Part shown: in pieces, positions 50,501 through 59,022 of the stretch
How the letters are laid out: each line of letters opens with the position of its first letter
Position numbering within the stretch: position 1 is the first letter of the stretch
Assembly (NCBI GenBank): GCA_963718525.1
Contig: OY970355.1
Location: 1,152,001-1,216,000 of the forward strand
DNA: 64,000 nt
Direction of reading: 5' to 3'
From: Candidatus Dormiibacterota bacterium
GTDB lineage: Bacteria; Chloroflexota; Dormibacteria; Aeolococcales; Aeolococcaceae
The notes under the pieces: model-generated
Database searches by the model: none
What the model was told of the DNA's origin: nothing
The model's input: the letters and a program-made list of their open reading frames with translations, nothing else
Translations under genes and position numbers: made by a program

Positions 50501-50601
50501 GCAGAGGTGGCGGTGACACGCCGGCTCGCGGCGAATCTCGCAGCAAGCGACAGCGATGCGAACGCTGAGCAAGCGAGCCGGTGTGTCGCCACCACCTCTG
50601 C
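50501..50601. repeat. 29-bp imperfect inverted repeat enclosing a branched 43-nt loop
   Basis: GCAGAGGTGGCGGTGACACGCCGGCTCGC (50501-50529) pairs with GCGAGCCGGTGTGTCGCCACCACCTCTGC (50573-50601) at 26 of 29 positions by Watson-Crick pairing. Confidence 0.85.
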
Positions 50602-50793
50602 CGACCCGCGAAGCCCAGCTTAGCGACGTTGCCGGTCGCTAGATTCGGGCTGAGGTAGGCACACGACGGCCGTCGCCACATATGTCGCCTGCAGTACCCC
50701 GTTCCCAAGAAATCCGGGGCATACTGCACGCCAGGTCACGGCGATGCGCCGATACAGCAGTCGTTCTTCTCCACATCTCAGCACCCGAACTTA

Positions 50794-51531
50794 ATGGCCA
50801 CACACACATTTCCCGCAGGCTGGTCGCTTCTCGCCACGCGTCCGCGCGAGGAGCTCCACCAGGCGCTGCTGACCAGCACCTCTGAGCGCTCGTTCAGTGA
50901 CGTCCCGGTCGATTGGTGGGATCGAGCTGTGGAGGTCTGGCGTCCAACGTCGATCGTTCGCCTCCTCGGTGGCGTCTGGGACGTCCGCCGAGACGTCGAG
51001 GTTCTGGTTCCCGACGGTGGCGGGACCTCGCAGGCCCGCGCGAGCATCGCCGACGTTCGTCTCTCCCGCCTTCTGACCGCGGGCATCTCTCGATACTGGG
51101 TGGCCAGATATCAGCGGGATCTCGTCCTGCAGCTTGCGGAGCGGGCCGGGGCCTTGGGCGGTGATCCGGACCCACTGAGACGTCTCTCGGCGCGCATCCG
51201 CCCTCAGGAGGCCCTCGGCTTTGACGTCTGGGCAACGGCGTACCTCACCGGAGCGCCGGATGGCATCGAGTACGCCCCGGAGATGGTCCCGATGCCCGAT
51301 GACAACGGCTGGGAGCCCGCAGCCAATGGCGACCCGCCGGCGATCATTCACGCCGCGGTTCGAGTCCTGGCTGCTGACCTGCTCCGGCTGGACTCGGCAC
51401 TGGACGAGGCAGGCGCCTCGGCCGGCGAACGTGCCGGGCACCCGCTGGTCAACGCGATCACGTCACTCCTGCTGAGGGCCCCGGCGACGCCGATGGTCAG
51501 CCCAGCGGGATCCAACTCTCGCCTGGCCTGA
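50794..51531 (+). CDS. Hypothetical protein (245 aa)
   Basis: Long ORF with Trp-rich globular composition filling the gap; no recognised motif. Confidence 0.55.
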   Translation: MATHTFPAGWSLLATRPREELHQALLTSTSERSFSDVPVDWWDRAVEVWRPTSIVRLLGGVWDVRRDVEVLVPDGGGTSQARASIADVRLSRLLTAGISRYWVARYQRDLVLQLAERAGALGGDPDPLRRLSARIRPQEALGFDVWATAYLTGAPDGIEYAPEMVPMPDDNGWEPAANGDPPAIIHAAVRVLAADLLRLDSALDEAGASAGERAGHPLVNAITSLLLRAPATPMVSPAGSNSRLA

Positions 51532-52807
51532 GCAGCACTCGCACCGCTGCGTCGTCGCGGGATTCCGCGCCGATCCGGAGCCAGAGCCGGTCACCGTCGA
51601 CCTCGAATCCGTCAGCACACGGCGCCAGGACGGCGACCGCCTGGGGGTCGATGGCGCCGACACCGTCGAACTCGGGGATGTGCTTGGCGATTCCGAACGC
51701 CGTCTGAAGTTCGGCCATCCGTCGGGTCCAGGCGGCGATCGGTACTCGGGGCATGGGTTCGCCGAGCAGAGTCGCGAGCAGCAGCGCCAGGCCGCCGATC
51801 GTGGAGCGCGCAGGTTCATCGATGTGCTCCGAGAGTGCGCGCTCGTGGAGCAGGCCGGCGACAACCTCGCGCGCCCGGACCGCCGCGTCGTCCGGCGGCA
51901 CGGACACCCACAGTCCGCGCCGCCCGGCGCGTGCGGTGAGGCCGGCGTCGACGACGATGCTCCCCGGTGACGCTTCGGCCGCCACCTGGAGCTTCGCGAG
52001 CTGCAACTCGGCGGCGATCACGCTTCCCGGGGCGAGCCGGGTCTCCTCGTCCCAGGAGCGCGTTGCTCGGGACACGCGACCCTCGCGGATTGCCCCAAGT
52101 GGGAGCGCCAGGCGCCGGATACCCAGCTCCAGGGTCGCGGCGCGACTGCCGTCACCGATTGGCCTGGGCGGATAGACGGTGCCGCCGATGGCGTCTGCCG
52201 CAACGCGCGCGAAACCGAGACCCCAGCGGTCGCGGCCGGCTCGGCGACGCGCCGTCGCAATTCGAGGCGCCGGACCGGCGTGCCGCCAGACAACCCGAAA
52301 CGTCGTGCGATCGACCTCGAGGCGGACCGCAGTCGCCGCGTCGTGACGCTCGGCATTGACCGCGAGCTGCACCAGCACCAGCGCTGCCACCTCGGGGCCG
52401 AGCACCGGCCGGGCCGTTCCGGCGATCGCATCGACAGTCAGCGCAGTCCGCGCGGTGATGCCCGCACGGGCAAGGTCGAGGACGTCTTCCGTTGTTCCCC
52501 AGCCGCCCGGCTCCCGGCCGGCCACCAAACGCAGTGACCCTCCGAGCATTCGGACGCGCTGTGCCTGGGTGCCGCGCAACCCCGCTGCCGCCGCGTCGAT
52601 GGCATCGAGCAGTCTGCTCAGAAGGGCATCGCAGTGCGCAGACGCGGGCTGAGTGCGAACCACAAGACGCATGCTTCGTACGGGGTAGGAGACCGCGCCG
52701 GGGCCGTATCCATCCCACTCAGGAGTTCTGGCGACCACCGTTCCAGAAGCGTCGACGAGGGCAGCGGCAAGCGGGAGCTCGGCGATCTCGGCCAGGCTGA
52801 GATTCAC
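51497..52807 (-). CDS. Degenerate histidine kinase-like protein (PAS-like, HATPase-like, repeated PAS-like)
   Basis: LPLAAALVDASGTVVARTPEW; N-box-like LVQLAVNAERH; G2-like WGLGFARVAADAIGGTV; no recognisable H-box or DxG. Confidence 0.6.
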   Translation of the reverse strand: MNLSLAEIAELPLAAALVDASGTVVARTPEWDGYGPGAVSYPVRSMRLVVRTQPASAHCDALLSRLLDAIDAAAAGLRGTQAQRVRMLGGSLRLVAGREPGGWGTTEDVLDLARAGITARTALTVDAIAGTARPVLGPEVAALVLVQLAVNAERHDAATAVRLEVDRTTFRVVWRHAGPAPRIATARRRAGRDRWGLGFARVAADAIGGTVYPPRPIGDGSRAATLELGIRRLALPLGAIREGRVSRATRSWDEETRLAPGSVIAAELQLAKLQVAAEASPGSIVVDAGLTARAGRRGLWVSVPPDDAAVRAREVVAGLLHERALSEHIDEPARSTIGGLALLLATLLGEPMPRVPIAAWTRRMAELQTAFGIAKHIPEFDGVGAIDPQAVAVLAPCADGFEVDGDRLWLRIGAESRDDAAVRVLLRPGESWIPLG

Positions 52808-53472
52808 GACTTGCTGGCGGGTGCAGCGTGCTCAGTCGTGGTCACGCTGAGCCGGTACTTGCGATTGCCGTGGCTCACGAGCCGAACTGCGGAGCCGCGG
52901 GTCTGCAGCCATTCGCCGAAGCGGCGAACCGCCTTGGTGGCGGTGTCCGAATGAAAGGTGACGATGTCCGGGTGGTGCACCACCAGGCGGATTGCCTCGC
53001 GGTGGTGGTGTTGTGCCAGCGTCGGAAGATGCACGACAACCGTCCCGTCGTGGATTCGCAGGTCGCCGACGGTGCGGTCGAGCATCCTGTCGATGCGCTC
53101 GAGCAGTGACGCGTCGCCGTCACGCTTGTCGTGCAGCAGGGCCCGCGGGTGCGATCGCTGAATCTGGCTGCGCACGTTGAACGCGTCGATGTTCTGTGAA
53201 TACACGATGACGGGGCACTCTCGAAGCTCCCGTGCGAGCCGTGAAAGCACGTCGCCGCTGCTCGCGCTCCGGTCCGGTGCCTTCCCGAGATCCCAATCGA
53301 TGATCGCGAGCACAGGCCTGCTCGAGTATCGGTTGTGCTCGAGGAGCGAGAGCGCGCGAGACGCACTCCGCGCACCGAGCGGATGGAACCGCTTGCGGGT
53401 GAAATGACCCTGCAGCTCCTCGAGGGTTTCTGCGTCGTCCTCGAGGATCAGCACCTCCGGATTCGCTCTCAT
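52804..53472 (-). CDS. Response regulator with intact receiver and atypical output domain
   Basis: LILEDD, IIDWDL (phospho-Asp), VIVYS, HDK; C-terminal TVGDLRI...NRKYRL resembles a remodelled winged helix. Confidence 0.8.
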   Translation of the reverse strand: MRANPEVLILEDDAETLEELQGHFTRKRFHPLGARSASRALSLLEHNRYSSRPVLAIIDWDLGKAPDRSASSGDVLSRLARELRECPVIVYSQNIDAFNVRSQIQRSHPRALLHDKRDGDASLLERIDRMLDRTVGDLRIHDGTVVVHLPTLAQHHHREAIRLVVHHPDIVTFHSDTATKAVRRFGEWLQTRGSAVRLVSHGNRKYRLSVTTTEHAAPASKS

Positions 53473-54050
53473 CGCGCGGCAGCAACCGGAGACCGCACCA
53501 GTCTCGTGCTCTGGTTGGTGTCACGTCTGGCCTCCCATCCGACGTGGTACTGCGCGAGCGCACTGGCGGCCGAGCGGAACGTGCGTGTCGGGAGCGCAAA
53601 TCCGGCCGGGTACGCTGCGACCAGCGACTCGAGCGCCGCTCCCCGCAGCAGGGTCCCGTCCTCGAGCTCGACGCCGTTTCCCGGCGCGAGCCGCATGCCG
53701 CCGACAGTCGCAACGCATGCTCGGCCGACCGCGTCGAGCAGCGCCGCCGGACGGTCGAAGACGCGAGCGTGTCCGGGCAGCCCTGTCGGGGCTGCGCCGA
53801 ACCAGTAGGTGAGCACAGGACGATCGCGCAGCACCGCAGCGAGCGCGGGCGACAACGAGACAGCGCTGCCCACCACCATCCATGGCCAGGGAAGACAGCT
53901 GGCAGCGATCGCACCGGCATCTTCGGAGCGCGCGTCGCGCACGACGGCCATGCCCGGGGACACGGCGTCGCGAACCGCGACTGCGAGCTCACCGTCCACG
54001 GTCACCACGAGGATCGCTCGGCTCCGATCCGGGACGCGAACGCCAAGCAT
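53469..54050 (-). CDS. Pseudo-response-regulator-like protein
   Basis: ILVVTVDGELAVAVRD resembles receiver beta1-alpha1 without the acidic pocket; TVGGMRL parallels TVGDLRI of the neighbour; ATGA coupling; start uncertain. Confidence 0.5.
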   Translation of the reverse strand: MLGVRVPDRSRAILVVTVDGELAVAVRDAVSPGMAVVRDARSEDAGAIAASCLPWPWMVVGSAVSLSPALAAVLRDRPVLTYWFGAAPTGLPGHARVFDRPAALLDAVGRACVATVGGMRLAPGNGVELEDGTLLRGAALESLVAAYPAGFALPTRTFRSAASALAQYHVGWEARRDTNQSTRLVRSPVAAAR

Positions 54051-54170
54051 GCATTGAGCGTTGGTGACCACCACGACACGTCCCTCCCTGCCGCGCATCG
54101 CGAGAGAACGGAAAGGTCCGTGCCCGCGGGCGGCCTCAGCCAGTGTAGGGGTGACGGGGGTGGGACGGGC

Positions 54171-54231
54171 CGGACAGGCGGACACGGACACCGTGTAACC
54201 ATCGGGGGCCGAGCCGGACATCGCGCGGACA
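54171..54231. repeat. Five CGGACA direct repeats in a divergent intergenic region
   Basis: Copies start at 54171, 54179, 54185, 54215 and 54226. Confidence 0.7.
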
Positions 54232-54268
54232 GACAAGGCGGGCCGAGACGTGGCAGACTGAGCGCGGT

Positions 54269-55537
54269 ATGTCCACCTCAGACGCCGGGGAGCCAGCCGC
54301 CGATTCGGTCCGGCTGGCACTGGGCGAGATCCTGCATCGCCCGCTCATCGACAGTGCTGGGGGCCGGCTCGGCCGGGTGGATGACGTCATCGCTCGTTTC
54401 GCCGAGGGCGGCTACCCGCCTATAACCGGTCTGGTCGGGCGCATTGCAGGGCGGAAGCTGTTCATCCCTCGCGACCGCATCGCCTCGATGAAGCCAGGGA
54501 GCGTGCAGCTGGCGGGCGAGGATCTCAACCTCGCCCATTTCGAACGGCGCCAGGGTGAGGTCCTGCTCGGTGAGGACGTTCTCGGCCGGCGCCTCATCAG
54601 CGTCGACGCCGGCAGGCTGGTCGTGGCCCACGACATCGTCCTCCGGCAGGAGGGTTCGAGGTGGGTCGTCGCAGGTGTCGATACCCGGCCCCGCGGTTGG
54701 CGCGGACGCCTCCTGGGCGGGGGAGGCGACAGCCGGGGATTCGTGGACTGGGCCGCGGTTGAACCGTTCGTCGGGCACGTGCCGTCGTCACGGCTGCTGA
54801 TGCCATTGCGCCGTCTGCGCCGTCTGCACCCCGCGCAGATCGCCGACCTCGTCGAGGCGGCATCGCATGACGAAGGTGAGGAGATCATCTCGGCCGTGCA
54901 CGGAGACCCGGAGTTGGAAGCCGACGTCTTTGAAGAGCTCAACACCGAGCACCAGGTGGAATTCCTCCGCGACAAGTCGGATGCCGAAGCTGCAGCCGTG
55001 CTGGCCGAGATGGGACCGGATGATGCCGCCGACCTGGTCACCGAGCTCGATCAACCGCGACGGGCGCCGATCCTGTCGTTGCTCCCACCGTCGCAGCAGG
55101 CGAAGGTTCGCGCGCTGCTCAGCTATGGGCAGAGCAGCGCAGGCGGGCTGATGAGCCCGGACTTCGTGTCGGTCGGGCCTGACGCAACCGTCGCGGATGC
55201 GCTGGCTGCAGTGTGCACCGCCGACGTCCTCCCCCAGGTCGTCGCCGATGTCTTCATCCTCGACGACGGACGTCTCGCCGGATCGGTGCCGCTCATCGAG
55301 TTGCTTCGCGCCGACGGCGCCCAACGGATCTCGGATCTCGTCGAGCACAGCAACGCGTCGGTGCACGTCGACGATGACTTTCCCGAGGTCGCCCGGCGCA
55401 TGGCCGACTTCAACCTCACGGTCGTCGCGGTCCTCGACGATGAGAACCGGGTGATCGGGGTCATCACCGTCGACGACGTGCTTGAGGCCATGCTGCCCAA
55501 CTCATGGCGGCGACGAGCCGAGGCGGACGGCGACTGA
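54269..55537 (+). CDS. Cytosolic MgtE-like protein (PRC-barrel-like, MgtE_N, CBS pair; no TM domain)
   Basis: GRLGRVDDV, LHPAQIADLVE, MGPDDAADL, SAGGLMSPDF, GVITVDDVLE; the ORF ends right after the CBS pair. Confidence 0.85.
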   Translation: MSTSDAGEPAADSVRLALGEILHRPLIDSAGGRLGRVDDVIARFAEGGYPPITGLVGRIAGRKLFIPRDRIASMKPGSVQLAGEDLNLAHFERRQGEVLLGEDVLGRRLISVDAGRLVVAHDIVLRQEGSRWVVAGVDTRPRGWRGRLLGGGGDSRGFVDWAAVEPFVGHVPSSRLLMPLRRLRRLHPAQIADLVEAASHDEGEEIISAVHGDPELEADVFEELNTEHQVEFLRDKSDAEAAAVLAEMGPDDAADLVTELDQPRRAPILSLLPPSQQAKVRALLSYGQSSAGGLMSPDFVSVGPDATVADALAAVCTADVLPQVVADVFILDDGRLAGSVPLIELLRADGAQRISDLVEHSNASVHVDDDFPEVARRMADFNLTVVAVLDDENRVIGVITVDDVLEAMLPNSWRRRAEADGD

Positions 55538-55566
55538 ACCTCGGGCCATCGGTCCAGGTGCGGTTG

Positions 55567-55748
55567 TACACTTCATATACGGCAACCGTGTTTTTGGAGT
55601 GGATTCACCAGCACATGGACGGCGGCGAGAGTCCCCAGTCCCGGCAACTCACGGACCGGCCCGCAGCGAGGTAGCGAACCAGTCGTGACCTCCTGAGCGG
55701 AAAGGCCCGCTCAGTCTTGCCGTCATCGACGGTGGGAGGTCCGACTTG
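55567..55748 (+). promoter_or_regulatory. Putative promoter and structured 5' leader sequestering the RBS/start codon (riboswitch-like)
   Basis: TACACT at 55567; AGTCG-T-GACCTCC (55681-55693) is complementary to GGAGGTC-CGACT (55735-55746); two internal hairpins. Confidence 0.55.
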
Positions 55749-57392
55749 GCGAAGGAGAAGGCTCGCAAGGCTGACGCCAGCGTGGCGCGCGGCAATACAG
55801 CGGTCCTTGATGCCGCACACCTCGGAGACATCCGCGGCGCGTTCGGCACCATTCCCGAGCACGAGACCAACGCGCCGCGCACATGGCGGCGTCGCCTCCT
55901 TGCGCTCGCGGTGATCATGGGTCCCGGCCTCATCGTGATGGTCGGCGACAACGACGCCGGAGGCGTCTCGACGTACGCGCAGGCCGGGCAGAACTATGGG
56001 ACGACCCTGCTCTGGACCCTGGTGTTCCTCATCCCGGTGCTCATCGTCAACCAGGAGATGGTGGTGCGCCTCGGCGCTGTCACCGGAGTCGGACACGGCC
56101 GGCTGATCTTCGAGCGTTTCGGCCGTTTCTGGGGCTGGTTTGCGGTTGGGGATCTGTTCATCCTCAACTTCCTCACCATAGCGACGGAGTTCATCGGAAT
56201 CTCGCTCGGCGCCGCGTACTTCGGGGTGTCGCCTTACCTTGCGGTGCCGCTCGCGGGGCTGCTGCTCATCGGGATCACCGTCACCGGTCGTTTCGAGACC
56301 TGGGAACGCCTGATGTTCGTGATCCTCTTCGGCAACCTGCTGATCATCCCGCTGGTGATCCTCAGCCATCCCAACGTGGGTCACGTTGTCCACGACCTTG
56401 TGATCCCGGGAATGAAAGGTGGTCTGACGTCGAACGGCGTGCTGCTCATCATCGCCATCGTCGGTACCACCGTCGCGCCCTGGCAGCTGTTCTTCCAGCA
56501 ATCCAATGTCGTCGACAAGCGCATCACGCCGCGATGGATCCCATACGAGCGAGCCGACACCGTGATCGGCGCGTTCGTCGTCGTCATCGGCGCGACGGCG
56601 ATCATGGTGACAACGGCCTTCGCGTTCCAGAACACTCCGCTCGCGGGACATTTCGTCGACGCGGGAACGGTTGCGACCGGCATCGCGTCGCGCCTCGGAT
56701 CAGCGGCCGGAGCGCTGTTCGCGATCCTGCTCATCGACGCATCGATCATCGGCGCAAGTGCTGTAACGCTCGCGACCTCGTATGCGTTCGGCGATACCTT
56801 CGGTATCAGGCACTCGCTGCACCGCCCGTGGCGGGAGGCCAAGCCCTTCTACGCGTCCTACACCGTGCTGGTGGTCCTTGCGGCTGGGCTCACACTCACC
56901 CCGAACGCCCCGCTTGGGCTCATCACCACTGCGGTGCAGGCACTCGCCGGTGTGCTGCTTCCGAGCGCGAGCCTCTTCTTGCTGCTCCTGTGCAATGACC
57001 GTGACGTGCTCGGACCGTGGGTGAACCGCACGTGGTTGAACATCGTCGCGACCCTGATTCTCGGAATGCTGGTGATGCTGTCGCTCATCCTGGTCATCAC
57101 CACCGTGTTCTCGTCGGCGAACGTTCCGCTGCTGCTGGCCGTGCTTTCGGGCGTGATGCTGGCGGGGCTGGTGGAAGTCACCGTGTTCACGACCCGCGTA
57201 GGGCGCGCCAGCCGGACGGACACGCTGTCGCGCGAGGACCGCGAGACGTGGCGCATGCCACCGCTGGCACTGTTGACGCGACCCGAGCCGTCGCGGAGCC
57301 GGCTCGTCGCGCTGTACTCAATGCGCGGCTATCTCGTGGTCGCGGTGCTGCTCCTCCTCGTCAAAGCGGTGCAGTTGGGTACTGGGCACTAG
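55746..57392 (+). CDS. NRAMP/SLC11 family divalent metal transporter, NRMT-like
   Basis: MGPGLIVMVGDNDAGGVSTYAQAG (DAGG in place of DPGN), QEMVVRLGAVTG, VGTTVAPWQLFFQQS; TTG start with GGAGG RBS. Confidence 0.88.
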   Translation: MAKEKARKADASVARGNTAVLDAAHLGDIRGAFGTIPEHETNAPRTWRRRLLALAVIMGPGLIVMVGDNDAGGVSTYAQAGQNYGTTLLWTLVFLIPVLIVNQEMVVRLGAVTGVGHGRLIFERFGRFWGWFAVGDLFILNFLTIATEFIGISLGAAYFGVSPYLAVPLAGLLLIGITVTGRFETWERLMFVILFGNLLIIPLVILSHPNVGHVVHDLVIPGMKGGLTSNGVLLIIAIVGTTVAPWQLFFQQSNVVDKRITPRWIPYERADTVIGAFVVVIGATAIMVTTAFAFQNTPLAGHFVDAGTVATGIASRLGSAAGALFAILLIDASIIGASAVTLATSYAFGDTFGIRHSLHRPWREAKPFYASYTVLVVLAAGLTLTPNAPLGLITTAVQALAGVLLPSASLFLLLLCNDRDVLGPWVNRTWLNIVATLILGMLVMLSLILVITTVFSSANVPLLLAVLSGVMLAGLVEVTVFTTRVGRASRTDTLSREDRETWRMPPLALLTRPEPSRSRLVALYSMRGYLVVAVLLLLVKAVQLGTGH

Positions 57393-58131
57393 CCGCGATC
57401 GGCACCCGATTGAACGGCGTGACGCAGGGGCGGCCGGGCGCATGCTCGTACACAACACGATCAGTCCCGGCGATCACCATCGACGCCGACACCGTCCCGT
57501 ATATGTCGCCATGGATGCATGCGGCATCAGCCGGCGAATCGCTCGCCGACGTGTGATCGCGGAGGATGGCGCGCAGCCCGTTCAGCGTCGCCTCGGCATC
57601 GTTGCCCGGGGTCAGGGCTCGGTCCATCGCCTCTCGAAGCATGGCGACCTTCGCACTGCGGACGTCATCGACATCGCGCGTCGTCAGCACATGGAGTCCC
57701 GGATCGAGGTCGACCACGCGGACCGGACCGGAGTCGTCGACGTGGGCCGCGACGGCTCGCTCGGCGCTGAGCCAGAGCACGTTGACCGGGTTGTATCGAC
57801 CTGGACCCAGGCCGGCGAGGCGGCTGGGAACGTCGTCGGGGTCCCTCGTGAGCATCGCGACCGGGATCTCGCCCCTGGATCGGCGCGAGGGATCGGGCGC
57901 CCCAGGCGCGCCCTCACCAGGGTGCCTGTTGGTGACCGCGCAGACGCTGCCACCGGCGCCGACCGCGAGCCATGTCCCACCGGCCGTCAGGTCCCGGCCA
58001 CCAAGGATCAGCGGGCTCTCCGACAGCACCCCCGGCGGAGCACTAGGACGGGCGATCAGCTCATCTCGATTCGCCGCAAGCACGATCGGCGTCCCCGGGT
58101 GGCACCGCCAGGCCAGGAGGATCGTGCACAC
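57361..58131 (-). CDS. NRDE/TANGO2 family protein
   Basis: MCTILLAW, AANRDE, GGRDLTAGGTWL, VTNR, SRG, YGTVS. Confidence 0.88.
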   Translation of the reverse strand: MCTILLAWRCHPGTPIVLAANRDELIARPSAPPGVLSESPLILGGRDLTAGGTWLAVGAGGSVCAVTNRHPGEGAPGAPDPSRRSRGEIPVAMLTRDPDDVPSRLAGLGPGRYNPVNVLWLSAERAVAAHVDDSGPVRVVDLDPGLHVLTTRDVDDVRSAKVAMLREAMDRALTPGNDAEATLNGLRAILRDHTSASDSPADAACIHGDIYGTVSASMVIAGTDRVVYEHAPGRPCVTPFNRVPIAASAQYPTAPL

Positions 58132-58257
58132 CGGTCGAATCGTATGCGGACACGCAACTCTGTTGTGAACTCTGTAAACGCGACCTCGCGACGCCGTGAC
58201 GACCCGCCGACTTCCAACTCGTCGGGGCGGTATTAAGACCAAAGTTGGAACACGTCA

Positions 58258-59022
58258 ATGAATGCAAACGTCATCAGCCGGCTGACGACCCGGGGGCGTG
58301 CGAGAAGCCTCGCCGCCATCGCGCTGCTTCCGGGCGCCTTCGCACTCATGCTGGCAGGGGCTTCAAGTGCGGCTGCGGCCGGCAACCCCACGCCGGCGCC
58401 ATCGCCCACGGCGACGACATTGTCGGCACAGTCCCCGAGCGTCTGTCACCACGGAACCAGGCCGGACGGTTCGTGCTGCCCGAGACGGCAACCCTGCACG
58501 TCCCCGTCGCCCAGCCCAACACCGTCGCCCACCCCAACACCGTCGCCCACGGCTACCCCCACTGCAACTCCGAGCCCAACCGGTGCCGGCAAGAACGGCG
58601 GCAACGGGAATGGAGGGGGCGGCTCGACGCCCACGCCGGCGCCGACTGCCACCCCAGCCCCAACCGGCACTCCGGCGCCGACCTCCAAGCCGGCGACGAC
58701 CCCGGCAACATCTGGCGGCAGCCACTCCGACGGTGACGGTACCTCCGGGAGCGGGGCCACGGGCGGCTCCCAAGCCACCCGGGCTCAGGCGCCAGCCGAT
58801 CCCACGCCGTTTGCGCCGCTTGCCAGCACGGTGACCGTGGCGACGTCCGGGCAGAGCCTCGACGCGGCCCGGATCCCGCCGGTTGAGGCGCTCACCCCGC
58901 TGAGCGGGCTCGAGTTCGGCAACGGCCTGAACCTCGGACCGCTCCTGCCCCTCATCGACCTGATCGGGATCGGCCTGCTCGTCTACCTGGTCCGTACTCG
59001 CTGGCTCGCGCCCGAAGCCTGA
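58258..59022 (+). CDS. Exported Pro/Thr/Gly-rich protein with C-terminal membrane anchor
   Basis: Signal-peptide-like N-terminus, short Cys cluster (VCHHG...SCCP...PC), PT repeats, C-terminal TM followed by RTR. Confidence 0.65.
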   Translation: MNANVISRLTTRGRARSLAAIALLPGAFALMLAGASSAAAAGNPTPAPSPTATTLSAQSPSVCHHGTRPDGSCCPRRQPCTSPSPSPTPSPTPTPSPTATPTATPSPTGAGKNGGNGNGGGGSTPTPAPTATPAPTGTPAPTSKPATTPATSGGSHSDGDGTSGSGATGGSQATRAQAPADPTPFAPLASTVTVATSGQSLDAARIPPVEALTPLSGLEFGNGLNLGPLLPLIDLIGIGLLVYLVRTRWLAPEA

